From Aplysia californica (taxonomy: Eukaryota), in NCBI RefSeq assembly GCF_000002075.1, contig NW_004797812.1, positions 231,835 to 295,834 on the forward strand: a stretch of DNA of 64,000 bases, read 5' to 3'. This document shows positions 25,601 to 39,872 of this stretch, one piece after another. Position 1 is the first letter of the stretch; each line of letters begins with the position of its first letter. The position numbers and the translations under genes are program-made. The notes under the pieces were generated by a model that was given only the letters and a program-made list of their open reading frames with translations, had not been told where the DNA came from and searched no databases.

Positions 25601-28600
25601 TCATTGAACATGCCTCATGGGGGGTGATCAGTAGTCTACACTGGGATTTAATTAGCGTCCTTTGTAAAAAGTTGGATCCTTAATGAAATCACGCGTAGAT
25701 TACTGCGAGTTTTAAATCCATATTGTTCGAATGTTTGAAAGATGGGTAATAGTGTGCATGAGTCACCTCTTTTAGTCTAGCACAGAAACTCATCACCACA
25801 TTGTATACCTATGGTTTGCTGTGATCCTTTACATATACCTCTTTTTCTCTTCTCTTGTTTCACAGACTTTGCCCTCCGTTTGTTCTTCAGTGTGGTTTTT
25901 TCCATTCTTCTTTCTTTTTTTTTTTAGCTCACATCACTTTGGTCTTTTTCTAGGGTCTTTTTTTATGCTGGCCTTGACAGGTGCAGCTTGGTACATGTCT
26001 GACTATGCATGGAAGTTTGATATGGAAGTTTGATGTTGGAATCTAAAGGCATTTCTTCAGTTGTTCTCGAATAGTATCTTTGGATAGGGGTTAGACCCTC
26101 GGTCATGCCCAGAAGATGAAAGTTTGATTCCTATTCCTGTGTGGGAAGGTTTATCTGTTGAGTATCTCCGTCTGCTTGGACGTTGTATACCTTTCAGCTC
26201 AGTCAGGCAGTTACAGGCAGACTGAAGCAACAATGATTGAAATTGTTTCCTTTGGAATGTGAAACATTTAATTGCAAAATAATAATAACAATTGTTCCCT
26301 GTATCCCTGGAGATGTACTTAATGTCCTATGGACCATCAAAAAGCCCAAGTCTGGTGTGTCATGTGGAGTTGAACTTCCACCTCCAAAACACAAACCTGC
26401 CCTTCTTCCTTCTTTTTTTCTTTCTTTTAGTTTCTTTTACTTTTCTCTAATTTTCAATCTGGTTCGTTGTCTGTCTGACTTTTCGTGTTTCTGTTTCTCT
26501 GTTTTCTGTCTCTTCATTCACCAATCACTTAATAGTTTGCATCACATTAGTATATATTCCTTTAATAAGGGGTAACCCTCATTTTCCAGTGAGATTGGGG
26601 ACTCTTTGCTTATTATCATGATTTCAGATCGCTTTAGGTGAACTTGCCAACAGTTCTGAGTAAAAGTTTTTGGGCTCAGTATTTCAAACACAACACAGCT
26701 TAGTGTTAGAAAAGTATTAAAGTAGATGGACACTGGATAGGTTAGTAGTTTTGTGAAGGGTATTCCTAAAGGTCAGATAATGATTCAGCTTATCGAATTC
26801 TTGCTCACATCATCTTCCAAGCTTTTGTAGATTTACTAGAAATTTGTATAATTCGATGCACATTTTCCATGGACCATGTCCTGAAAAAGCTGGTTGGCAT
26901 TTATGAAATATTATGCTTTGAAACTGTAACCTCTCCTTTTTCATTAGAATTTGATTGCTGTAAGAGGTCTTGGCTTTGCAAAATGAATATTTGTAATGAA
27001 TTCAGCTTTTTTATTTCTGGCTTGTACAGGTCCTTGGCAGTATGGAGGTCCGTGACCTGCTTCATCTTATCTAGACTTATTTTTTGTAACTCTCTGTCTT
27101 GTTTTCTAAGTAGTGAATAGCATTTTCTTCATTTTAAAAAAATGTTCTCTTACGCCAAAAAAGTTCAAACATTGTCCTAGAATATATTTATGAATCTAGA
27201 TCTAACTCTTTTTTCTAAAAATTGTTTTTTTTACTTTTTCTATTTTAATGATCAGATTAAATAGGTTTAAAACTTGTAACTGTGCATGCATTTACATTTA
27301 AATACCTATTTTGATTCTCTCAAGCTTAGCTTTGTAACATTGGTCGTCGCTGCCTGTCTTTGTCCTGACAGGTAAGAAGAAGGCCAAGCAGGATGGTGAC
27401 CGTCCAATGTCCACTACTAGTGAGGACACTGGCATTGTTGGTCCAGGTAACTGACACAGAAGGAAAATAGAGGATTTGCTTGTATTTTTCTTTGATTTTC
27501 TTTAAATTTTTTTTATGAGTACACATAGATAGGCTTCACAAAATCTTTGCTTTCAGTCTTTTCTTTTAGTTTTAGAAACATTTAAAAGTTAATTTATTTT
27601 AAAATTTATTTTTAGACACACAGACTCGCAAATGTAAGGTCTTAGGTTTGAACCCTGTTGTCAGGGGTCCAACACTGTGTCCTTGGGAAAGGCACTTTAC
27701 AGGAATTTTCCTCTTTCCACCCAGTTGGGAATGGGTACAAGACCATAGACAGCTAAAGATCTTTTCAGTTTGTTAATGCTTTAAGGCTTAATCAGCTGCT
27801 TGCACTGTATGCTTCCTGGGAAGCGGAGAATGCCTCTGAGTATTCTAGGTGTAAAATGCTTAGAGCTTGCTCTCGATTGGGGATATGCACTATACAATTG
27901 GTATTTATTATTATAATTATTTAAATTGATGTTCAGTTCACATTGAGACACACAGTAGGTCATTTAAAAGACATTAGGTGAGGCATTAAATTCTTGGAAA
28001 GACAACAAAATGTGAAGACCGCTCATATCTGACTGGGTCACGAAGCACTACAAGTTTTTTCCTGAATTGATGCCTTGGAAAGGAATATCATTTAAGTCTT
28101 ATAAATTTAAATGCGGGATGCTGTACTCTTTGTGTCTTGTCTTTGTATCTATTTATGTACTGTTACACGCTTTGGTCATTTTTGAGATGTAGCATAGAGG
28201 AGAAGAAAGCAGGCAAGAATACAGAGGTAATAATACCAAGGTATTATAACACATAGTGAAAATGTGGTATTATAACACCTAATGAAATGTAAATCAGAGA
28301 ACAGATATTGATTTGCAGCATTTGGCCATCTTAGAAGTTGTACCTTCTCCTGATATGCAGTTAGTGTACTTGAAAATCCTCTGGTCTGATTGGCCGCAGT
28401 GGAAGCCACAAGTCAACTTAACCTTTAAATCTTCTGACCCTTCTATTTCGCTGGAGAGATATTCTTCTCTGCGGAAGTATTGGTCATCGTCAAAATTATC
28501 ATAACTCCCCTGAGTGAGGGTGATATAAAAACATTGGTAAGGTGCTCAACAGCAAAACACTTCAACAAAGAGAAAAGACTGGGGGGGGGTTTCAAATTTT

Positions 28601-31600
28601 GGACTTAAATCATCTTAACATCTGGCCTTCCAGAAAATGATTTGTTTTTTAAGATGTTTGTTTTTTTTAAAATCCTGTTTGATGCACTGTTTAGAGCGTT
28701 TATTAGGTACAATCAAATGTAACCTGTCCATTACTGCTCTATGCTATGGCCATCTCAGATTTTGTATCTCTAGAAGTCTCCTTCCTCTTTTCATTGTTTA
28801 ATTTATTTGTTCCCTCAGACATCTCAGACATTGGGAAACCTGTGATTCTTGGTGCTGATGGCTTGCCACACATCCAGAAGGTTTGTATCTTCCTTGTGTT
28901 CTGTCTGTTGATCTTTAGTGGATAAGGAGTGGAGAAAATGACAATGGGTTCAGGAAGTTTTGGACAGATATTTCCAGTTCTGGACACTGGTATACTTCCC
29001 TGTCCATCACGGAAATAGCTACGTTATGAGATGGACTTTAGATGGTCTCAACTACACAGACATGCAACATGTATCGGAGACCATAGGATGTATACTTTGA
29101 TCCAGATAGGAAGAAACAAGCAGCTCCCTGAGAATATATCATTACACCAAAATGAGTGCTTCTTTTCGATAAGTTTTTACTCCCTTCGATGCTCCGATTA
29201 GTGTGTTTAATAGGTAAATCAACACTTTTTGTCATCCATCTCAGATAGCAGGAAGTGGTTAGCCTGCTACATCTCCCACTCTGCTACTGAGCACTCGTAG
29301 CGAAATGATTTAGCACACCATAGCAGTTGCTGGGAACATTTATTCTTACTTGTCAGTTACATACGAGAAACAAGCTCTTCCAATCTGTCATCGTGAGTTG
29401 CCGTTGTCGCCATTGCAACGTGTGGTTTTTTTTCCCCTTCACTGCTGCCCCGGTTTTTATTTAGCTTATAATATTGCCAGACCTAGTTCATGACAAGCTC
29501 TTGTGTGTTACCAACCATGCATGTCATATCTAACCATCGGTAGTTAGGCATATTTTTTTTTTCCAAGATGGCTGCAAGGATAAAAATGAAGTCATAGTTT
29601 TAAATGTCCTGGGATACAAATCTGGAATCAGAGGGGATGGTCCCAATATGATAGTGCAATGATCTTTGACCTTTGCATGATGACCTGTAGGCATAATTTG
29701 TTTTTCATTGAGTGCCCGTAACTTATTTGCTTCAGACTGTGCTGTGAATTTTTTCCTTTTTAATGATGACTTAATTAAATAACTTCTTCACTTGGGGTGC
29801 TTCTGATACTTTTCAAATCTTACTTGTCACCAGTTGTTATTTGCTTTGTACTATATGAACTTTTGACCTTTTTAGGATTGGGCAATAATGTAACTCTCTA
29901 GTCACCCTGATCACAGCTGTCTAATGGGATAACAGTTCTAGAGGTTTCCCCATTATAATATGGTTTGTGTGTTCAGTCATTAAGTTTTCCTGATCTAGGT
30001 TTGATCTGAAAATGCTGTTGTGCCTTGGTGGCTTAGTGGTTAGGCCCTCAGACTCGCAAGCGTAAGGCCATGGATTTGAATCCTGCCAGGGGCAAGACGT
30101 TGTATCTTTGGGAAAGACACTTTGCACAAATTTTCCTTACTTCACTCAGGTGGAAATGGGTCCTCAGCTTTAGACCGTGGAAGGTCTTTTCTGTTTGTTA
30201 GAGTTTGAGCATGTGAAATCAGCAGCCTGCACTGTTTACTTCACAGGAACCTGAGAATGTTTCTGTGTGTTATAGGTTCTGCTGAAGTAAAAATACTTGA
30301 AAAGCATATTGAGTATGTTGTATGGCATGGATATGCGCTATGTAAATACAATTATTAAATGCAATTATATATATTACATATATTCAGTTGTAGTGATAGT
30401 GGACTGGGGTGTGAGTGATACTTGTTCCCTCTCTGTTACTGGACATTTTTTAAAATCTGCGTTATTAGAAGTCTTTATGGTGCTCAGTCCACATCATTCA
30501 ATCCCATGAGAAATAGATTTTGAGTCTCACAAAGCCCATTTCAGTTTGAAGGTGGTGCTACATTGTTCCAGGCTAGAACCAACCATAAGTCTTACTACTT
30601 GTATTGCCTTGTTCTGTTAACAATGTCATATTTGTTTTCCTCTTATCTTACACTGACACATATTTTTACAAAATCGTTTTAGTGTTCCTATATTCTTATC
30701 TTGACTATATTTTTACAACTGAACATTTGTGATAATCCACAATTGTAATAATGTAGATTCTTTGACCTTACTCTTATTCTCTGTATGGTACCAGGTGCAT
30801 TTCATTCTTCACAACCCCAAAAAACCCATTATTTTTTTTGTAGACTGTACAGAAANNNNNNNNNNNNNNNNNNNNNNNNNNNNNNNNNNNNNNNNNNNNN
30901 NNNNNNNNNNNNNNNNNNNNNNNNNNNNNNNNNNNNNNNNNNNNNNNNNNNNNNNNNNNNNNNNNNNNNNNNNNNNNNNNNNNNNNNNNNNNNNNNNNNN
31001 NNNNNNNNNNNNNNNNNNNNNNNNNNNNNNNNNNNNNNNNNNNNNNNNNNNNNNNNNNNNNNNNNNNNNNNNNNNNNNNNNCCCCCATACACACACTCNN
31101 NNNNNNNNNNNNNNNNNNNNNNNNNNNNNNNNNNNNNNNNNNNNNNNNNNNNNNNNNNNNNNNNNNNNNNNNNNNNNNNNNNNNNNNNNNNNNNNNNNNN
31201 NNNNNNNNNNNNNNNNNNNNNNNNNNNNNNNNNNNNNGCGTGTACAGATTTATACACACTTATACCCCTGGCTTTCACATAAAAGAGTGTGTCTGTTGTG
31301 ACTGACTTTAAATAAAATAATACAAGAAAAAAAATATAACCCACCATTATGAACAATTATCCTACATCAGTAGTATCAATAAAATTCCCAGAGACGCCAT
31401 TGTGTCTGTAGTAATTGAATGATTTCTTAGCTTCTGATTTGTTATACTGACAAAACTAGTCTTTTGGCAATCTGGAAGTGAATTCATGGATATTGTGTTG
31501 TCCATTTATTTTGCTTTTGAAGAAACCATGGGAGAATGGGGTAAGTTTTCTATGCTATTGCTCTTTGCTACCATGGCAGGCATATTTCTCTTTAGGCTTT

Positions 31601-34600
31601 TTTTTGGTCAAGATTTGATGATTGCAGATTTTGGAGTGACATGAAAGCAGTTGAGCTACATTGCTATCATTTTTTAAAACATATTTTTAAAATATATTTT
31701 TTTTTTTTCATATTTTAATGTGGGGGAAGAAAAATAGTCGCATTATAGTCTTATAATGTTCCATAAGTGACACTTTTTGACAAACTACAATTATAGCCAA
31801 TATTAAATCAGTTTTTGTGTTGCTATTGTCAGAGGTGGTTTATTCCATTGTAGCCCCCTTGTGTCGGTTTGAACTGTTTTACTGCCATAATGTGGAGCCA
31901 AATTTTGTCAGAAAATTAGTGTAGCTGTGAATTGCGATTTGTTGTTTTAAATGTTAGGGAGAAAAATTACAATTTAGGTATTTTAACTAACATATAATTA
32001 CCCTTGTCCTTGTAAAATGAGCTGAGCAGTTTTAAACTTATTCAGTGCCATGGGGGAGAATTTTTTCAAGACAGGCTCCTGCACATTGCGATCAATTAGT
32101 ATTCCCACATTCTACATATTTGTCTTTAAAGTGAAATAGCTTTATTTTAGACTAAACCCAATACGAAAATCCACGTGTTTTGCATGACTGGAAACGTCGA
32201 GCAGACTAAATCCCTTTTGCAAAAAATCTTGCTCCTTAATCATATGAAACCTGTCACTTTCAAGAGGTATTTATGTTGTGAAGTAATCAACATTATCCTT
32301 GATTCTAACTTATATGAGGATTGCAGTAATGCTTGTACTGTTAGTGATAGGGAAGAAAATGATAGGGTTCAAGTAAGTGAGAAAACTAGATGTATACATT
32401 TACCTGCTGGCTGCCGTGCCCCTTCTGATCTTCCTGTGTATTGGTGTTAACGGCATTTATTTTTACCTGACCTAAGTAGACACTGAATTGGATTTACATT
32501 GTTAGAGTTAGTAAATCTATTAAACATGAACGTAAAAAAAAAATGACTGCACAAAGATAAACTAAAAAAAATGACTGCACAAAGATAAACTCAATAGTAT
32601 TTGCTGTATTTATTTTCCCTCAGTCGACCAAATAACTTGTAACCATCACAATGCTGCCCGGTATGGGAGGGGAGTCCTTCATTCTTGCTCTCAGCACTGA
32701 ATGAGTTCATTAGGTTGATATTTTTGTTGACGTAGTTATTCAACCTTTCTTGATCCACCAGTGATATAGGTCTAGAAGCACGGAATCAGATTATACGAGG
32801 GCTGTCCCATGGAAAACCGGAATTTGGCTGTAATTTGAAAACTATTAAATATTTTCACATTCTGCAAACGCACACTTGTAAAACGATCATTTAGGAATTT
32901 CCCAATTGAGCGCCATTAGCATCCTTCTAACCAAACGAACACAGCAGTTCTCCGAAGATGGTTACCCCCTTGGAAAATTGATAAAGGATGGAAGTGAGGT
33001 TTGTCTTTTGGTTTCTGACAGCAAAAGGTTTCAAACCTATAGAAATAATATACACTGAAATAAAGTCAGTTTACGGGGAGAAAGTAATGGCACAGTCACA
33101 GGTATATGAGTGGTGTAATAGTTCAAAGCCGGGCATACAGATGTCAATGACAAAGTTCTCCCAGGACCTTGTTTTTCTGCCAAGATTGAGGACAATAAGA
33201 GTCGCGTTAACGAACTCATTCAAACAGACAGGCGCCTGAAAATTCACGAAATTTCCGAGTCGCTAAACATTTCTTCAAAGTCGACTGTCCATAGGATAGT
33301 GTTTGATGAGCTGCGCTATCGAAAGGTCTCTGCTTGATGGGTCCCAAAGAGCTGACAGCTGACCACAAGATGCAACGTGTTGAAGTGTCTCAGATTTTGT
33401 TGATTCGTTGTCACCAAACTGTCACGGGAGTCATGAACGCATCTGGAGACCTCCAACAATACGATGAATCATTCCTGAGAAGCATTGTTACAGGTGATGA
33501 GACTTAGATAAATACACCACATGACCCCTGAGACAAAGAAGGATTTAATGGTTTGGAAACACACGTCTTCACCTCCCCCAAAAAAGTTTAAAGTTCAGCC
33601 ACAGGTGAAGAAACTCATGGTCACGGTTTTCTGGGATGCTAAGGGTGTTCTGCTTCTTGACATTTTGGAATTAGGACAAACTGTTAATGCTAACAGATAC
33701 TGCCTGACTTTTGATAAGTTGAGAGAGGTTGTGTGCCGAAAAAGACCCGGCCGGTTGTCCAGCAGGGTAATATTGCAGCATGACAGCACAACGCCACACA
33801 CCGCAAATGCTACGAAAGACTTAATCCAAAGGTTCGGCTGGGAAGTTCTGCCACTCCCCCCTCACAGTCCTGACTTGGCCCCGTCAGATTATCACCTTTT
33901 TGGACCAATGAAACGCCATATTTTTGGACAGCGATTCATCGACGACGAAGGCCTCGTGGAAGCCGTGAAAGAAGAGTGGTTGAAATCCTTTGACGAAAAA
34001 TTCTTCAGGGAGGGTATCTTCTCCCTGATCCAGCGATGGGAAAAATGCGTCCAGCGGGATGGTGATTACATTGAGAAATAAAGCACATGTTGAGGTATGA
34101 TGTGTTACATTTTTATTATAATAGGACAAAAATTGTTGCTTTTATGGATCTTTTCCGGTTTTCCGTGGGACAGCCCTCTTATATGGAATGTGTTAAGCTT
34201 TTTGTGGCACATGCTATTTATTGATTGAGGTGGCCATCGCTTTGAGTCACAATGCTTCTTTTTCAAAAGTTCTGCTCTACTCTGAGCCTTTGACATCTCT
34301 CCGATATAAGGGGTTTTTTTTCCTTGTTTTTTTTTGTTTGTGCGTTTGTTTATTTATTTATTTTTTATACCAGCACAATACCTTAAGTATCTAAATGTTT
34401 GTGCACTCTAAATTAGTTTTTTATACTCGTTTGTGTCGATATGTCAATCATTTTGGTTTATTCAGTTGCTTAGTTGCACTCATGTGAAGAGCAATGTCGT
34501 ATCTGATATCTTCCAAATATTAGTTGCTTATTTTTCTTGTTCAAGCATTGTGTATAGTATTTGACTAGATGATCATGACATATTCTTCTGCAAAACACTT

Positions 34601-37600
34601 ATTATAGAAGATTGTTTGTGTGGATTTTTGCCTTTGTTAAATGCACTCTTTCTGTGGGATCATCTTCATTGTAAAACATTTCAACACGTTTATTAATTAT
34701 GTGAGCACAGTTCGTCATTATTCCATATGTCAGTTTAGTGTGTTGGTTATTTTCTCTTTTTCCCTTGTTTATGAAGTATTAATCCAATCAACTATGTATA
34801 TTATTGTTTGAAAACATATAAGTGAGTTTTGGTGATGCTGATGTTTCCACATGTTTTTGTTATTGTGTATGTGAGTCCTTCAGAAGTTTACCTGTTTTTT
34901 TATAGGCGGCAGCTAAGATCCCAAACTCAAGGATCAAACACATAATGTATGAGAGAGATAGAGAAGAGAACTTTAAGTATCAAAATTCTCTCCAAAACTG
35001 TACAGAAATGTTACAAGGAAAACATGTGTCACGACGTGGTTGAATCAGGTGCTCGTCAATTTTTAGGCATACGAGGTTATTGGCTTCGTCCTAAAGCCTG
35101 TTCATTTGCCTTCGTTTAGGAGAAAAAAAAAATACCCATCTATTTTGAATAGTATTCTAAATATTTGTGATTGAAGGAGGTCAGGGTCTCCTGGGTTTCA
35201 GATGTAAAATTAGCGAGAAAATGGCCTCCAAAGTTTGATAACTTCCATAGCTTGAGAGTCCTTGGAAACTTAACATTTTCATTTTGTGTGCCTTTAATCA
35301 AGGTTTTTCAGTAGAATTTACACATAAATGTGTTTTGAAATGGACATAGAATGTGTTGAGCCAAAAAAAAGAAAGTTAAAAAAAAATTACTCATCGGCCG
35401 AAAAAGTGGCAATTTCTTTTTCATTATTTTGACAAGCGCCTGATTTCACCAAGATGTCTCTTAATTATTGAAAGCTAGTAACAGCTTGAAGAGGATGCTG
35501 TGGAAATTTTACTGAAGGACACTTGAAAATTTGGGAAGAAGTAAAAGAAAAGGTCAGTTGAAGAGGTCGATAAAATCGAAGAGAACTATTAAAACATGGA
35601 ATGATAAGAGGATAATACTTAAGAAAATGAAGGAAAGACTAAAGGAAAAAAAAGAGGATGCAAGATATATTTTGCTGCTGTCATAGGGAAAATGAGTAAC
35701 TTTAGGGGTTTTTTTTCGTGACCAGTTGAGAGGGGTCAATAGGAGTAACGACATTTTACATATTTGAGGCATCGTGGTGAAATCAGGCGCTCATCAAAAT
35801 AATGAATTCAAAGACATTGGCATTTCTTCTTTTGACAATTTTAAAAATAATTTTGTTTTTTGACTCGACAGTTTATATGTCCATTTAAATACATATTTCT
35901 GTGTGAATTTTCCTGAAAAACATTGATGAAAGGCACAACAAATGTAAATTTTCAGTTCCCAAGGACTCTCAAGCTTTGGAAATCACCAGACTTTGGCGAC
36001 CATTTTCTCGCTAATTTTATCTCTGAAAACAGGCGACCCCGACCTCTTTCAATCGCAAATGTCTCGACTTCTATTCAAGATAGGCGTGTATATTTTCATC
36101 AAAAGACGGTCAAATGAACAATATTTAAGATGATACCAATAGCTCTAGATTCCCCAAAACTGACGAGCCCCTGATTCTACCGCGTCATAACATGGTGGAA
36201 TCAGGTGCTCATAAATTTTTGGGCATATAGAGTTATTGGTATCATTTGAAAGTTTGTTCATTTGCCTATCTTTTGAAAAAAACAAACCCATATAAGTTGA
36301 ATAAATGTTGAGATATGTGTGATTGAAGGAATGGGGGTCGCCAGGTTTCAGCAGTAACATAAGGAAAAAAATGGCCGCCACAATTCGGTGACTTCCAATG
36401 CTTGAGAGCCGTTGAAAACTGAAAATTTACATTTTTTGAAGCTTTAATCATTGTTTTGAAAAAAAAAAAGCCAACACAGAAATAATGTTTTTAGATGAAA
36501 ATGAAAGGTGTTGAGCCAAAAAACAAAAATCCGAATAAAATTGCCAACCCATAGGAAAAATGCTGATATCTTCCATTTCATTATTTTAACGAGCGCCTGA
36601 TTTTAACTCGGGGCCTCACATATTACAGCCGCGGTTTATGAGTTTTCAGTTCTATCCTTAATTTCTGTGTACATAGAGAACCTGAAAACTTGCAGCTTGT
36701 TGCACTTCATTACTTCTTTTTAAAATGTTTATTATTGCACTTCCTTGTTTGTCTGTTTGTTTGTTGTTGTTTTTTTGGGGGGTTTTCATGAGTGTTGATT
36801 ACGTATTGCCCTTTGTCAGTGAAGTTGGTGGTAGCATAGAAGTTCAAGATCTTCCTTCACTTGCCTGCACAATGTTGCCACATTCATATGCGCTGCACAT
36901 TATTGTCTGAAATGGCTGATTCTATAATTGTTTTACTTTGTCTACTTCAACAGCATAATGGTTTCTTTTTTTTTACGAATTAGCAAAATATTTTACATTT
37001 TGGATGTGATTATTTAAGAATATTTTGTTATTGCGGTGCATTGTTTTAATAAAATGAGCAGTTTGGTTTGTTGGGTTTTTTGGCATGGGTTTTCTGTTTA
37101 GTAGTGACTTTCAATATTGCATTTTTATTAATGACCATATTTTGCTGATGAGTAATTTATTTTTGCTTTCAAAGAAATTTTACATTTTCCCCTTTTTAAA
37201 AAAATGCTCTTTGGGCCCAAGTCAGTAAATTAATTCTATAGAATTTAAATACTAGCCCTTTATTTCTGTTATTGTCCTCTTACAAGGATTGTGTTTGGTT
37301 TTAATTTTTGTTGTCTTTGGGCTTTTTTTCTGTTTTCCTTTATCTTGGGGGNNNNNNNNNNNNNNNNNNNNNNNNNNNNNNNNNNNNNNNNNNNNNNNNN
37401 NNNNNNNNNNNNNNNNNNNNNNNNNNNNNNNNNNNNNNNNNNNNNNNNNNNTTTTTCAGAACTCGTACAAGCTCCGTGATGTCTTGATCAGAAAGTTTGC
37501 TGCCATTACGCCGATTCAGCCCAAAAAGAAAAAGAAAAATAAAAAAAATAAAAAAATAATAATCGGGATGCGTGGCACAAGAGTGCACCCCTACTTAACC

Positions 37601-39823
37601 CTTTCTTTTTCTGCCGGGCTGGAGTTCGTGCCGATGCCTTCTTTAACGCCCCCGAGCGGGCGGGGCATGTATCAGGGGCAGGTAACCCGAGTCGGCGGTC
37701 AGAGGGGCCAGTGGCGGTGTCCACAGACAGAATCTACACACAGTAGCTTCCCCTGTTTGTTGGTACTGAGACGGGCGTACGTGGGGAGGGGAAATAAACA
37801 CTGGCCTTGTGGTGGCGAGGTGAGCGGAGGGGAGGGGGAGGGGAGAAAGGGAGAGGAGGTGAGGAGGGAGGGAGGAGGGGGTGAGAGAGGTAAGGGTGGA
37901 TTTTTCTTAAAATTTCTTATTCATAGGTTTGCTTTGTAGGGTCTTTTTCTGATTTACTTTCTTGGGAAAGGGACTCGCTCTCATATGACCTTATGCAGTT
38001 GCGAGCGCCGTAAAAGCTCTACTAAAACAACTCTGGGAAAGGGAGGAGAGAAAATGGGAAAGCTGGCAGGACATTGGCCGGTTCACTACCGGTAGGAGAG
38101 AAGGAGGAGAGAAGACAAAACTGAGCCAAGCCTAGAGCTATCGAGGGTACTCAGACATCGTCCCAACAGGTACTGTGTTAAACACTTAGCAGCTCTCCCC
38201 TAAAGACAAAACGAGAAAACGTGCGTGTGTGTGGGGAGGGGGGGGGGGGACGGAAGGGAGGGACAGAGATGCATTTTGGCTATTTTGTTTTTTGTATTTA
38301 CAGATTTTTTTTGTTTATCTGGCTCTCTTAGATTTCATGTTTTCATTGCGCTGACAAGACGTTTGTCTCACCTCTGAAGAGATTGTTTTAGATACAAAAA
38401 ATTATATAAGCAAAAGAGTAGGTCAACTTGGTTTGTAGATTTATAATGTTTTTACCATATTGCGATGTGCATTTTTTTTTTTAGGTGAAAAAGGATTTGC
38501 CTGATCTTCTAACCTTCTAATTTTCCTATTGATCAATTTCTTTTCCTCCAGGAAATTCCCGGCAGTGACAAAAGGGTTATGGCCCCGGAGTCGTTGTTCC
38601 AGGAGCAACAACAGCAGCTGTTGAAGATCCAGCTACAGCAACAGCAGAAGCTAGCCCAGAAGGCGCAAAATGAGGAGGGCGTGCCACGGCCAAACGCCTC
38701 ACCGGTGCTAGATGGGGAGATGGAGGCCAAACAGAAGGAGGCTCTGGCAAGGTGAGATCTTCACTATTACTGGACCTTAGATGTATATTCTTTTGGCCTA
38801 GACTGTGCACTTTGACGTTCATCTGGTTCAGAATGGAGCACACCATTTGACTCAATTTGGACCCAAATGAAAGTCAAGGGGTGGGATAGTGCTGCATGCT
38901 CTCAACTAATGTGAGACTTTAGTATTTGGAAAAGTAGCAGGCAGCTCTGGAAGTTGCTGAGAACAGACCTGCCACTCATCCCGATTTAGTCGGGATATCC
39001 CGATTTTTTGCTCCAAATTTCAAGCATCCTGATTTTCCCGATTTCGATCGCGTGTATCCCGATTTTTTGTCCTAGTCTGCTATTGTGTCGGATTTTTATT
39101 AATACGTACTCTGCCTTCTCCTTTATCGCGGGAAGCACCCGTCAAACTTTTTGTCAGTAGGAACTCGGAGCACTATTTCCCGAAATATCGATGCCGCAAT
39201 TAGTAGTTGACTCGCCCCAAGTTGTGTGATCTTTGCCTGCACTCAGAATTCTCCGATGATAGCCTGGTAACTGTTGTTACAATTTGGGACATACAAATAA
39301 TCGAGAATATTCGTAGTTCCGCTGCTACTTTCAAAACAAGCCTTGTCCGAGGTCTGGTAACTGTGCGTTCACACCAAACACTCGGACGAGCGACTGTCTT
39401 TCTAACCCTTACACAACTACATGTAACTGCGCTGACAAGACAAACATACGGCCAATGTCGTTGCTTTAGTCTGAACGCATTATGAGGGATAAGAGATTTG
39501 TTGGTACAATTGGTCGGTCGGCCGCTGTTGTTATCCAAGAGTACTAGAAGTGGAACGACTGTCGCTCATCTGAGAGTTTTCTGTGAACGCGCAGTTAGTC
39601 GGACCCGTTGATAAAATTGTTTCAATCGCGCATTCACGTCACGTGACATGGCATCGCTGTGTGAGTTCTGCGTGTCGGGGACCATCCGTTGTCGGGGTCA
39701 ACTTAAGTTCATGTATTTCGGGACTTGTTGGTTGGGATGGGGGGGATATAGACACTTGGACTAGGAGTGCTTGACGTGATGCTTCAGGATTTACAAAAAA
39801 TAATGATAACTCGCACGCATGCG

Positions 39824-39872
<49 letters not shown>

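Noticed and set aside
25970-26000. Strong pyrimidine tract ending ttgacag|gtgcagcttg|gtacat
   Set aside because: A 10-nt exon would shift the frame and the donor is weak; no support without RNA data
27020-27055. Possible 18-nt phase 1-1 microexon (GPWQYG)
   Set aside because: Weak donor gtccgt; expected by chance in 18 kb
30020-30095. tRNA gene
   Set aside because: Degenerate cloverleaf continuing into a SINE body
14861-37939. Long ORFs containing X runs (e.g. 24218-25159, 30729-31301, 37289-37939)
   Set aside because: Artefacts of N gaps and low-complexity sequence
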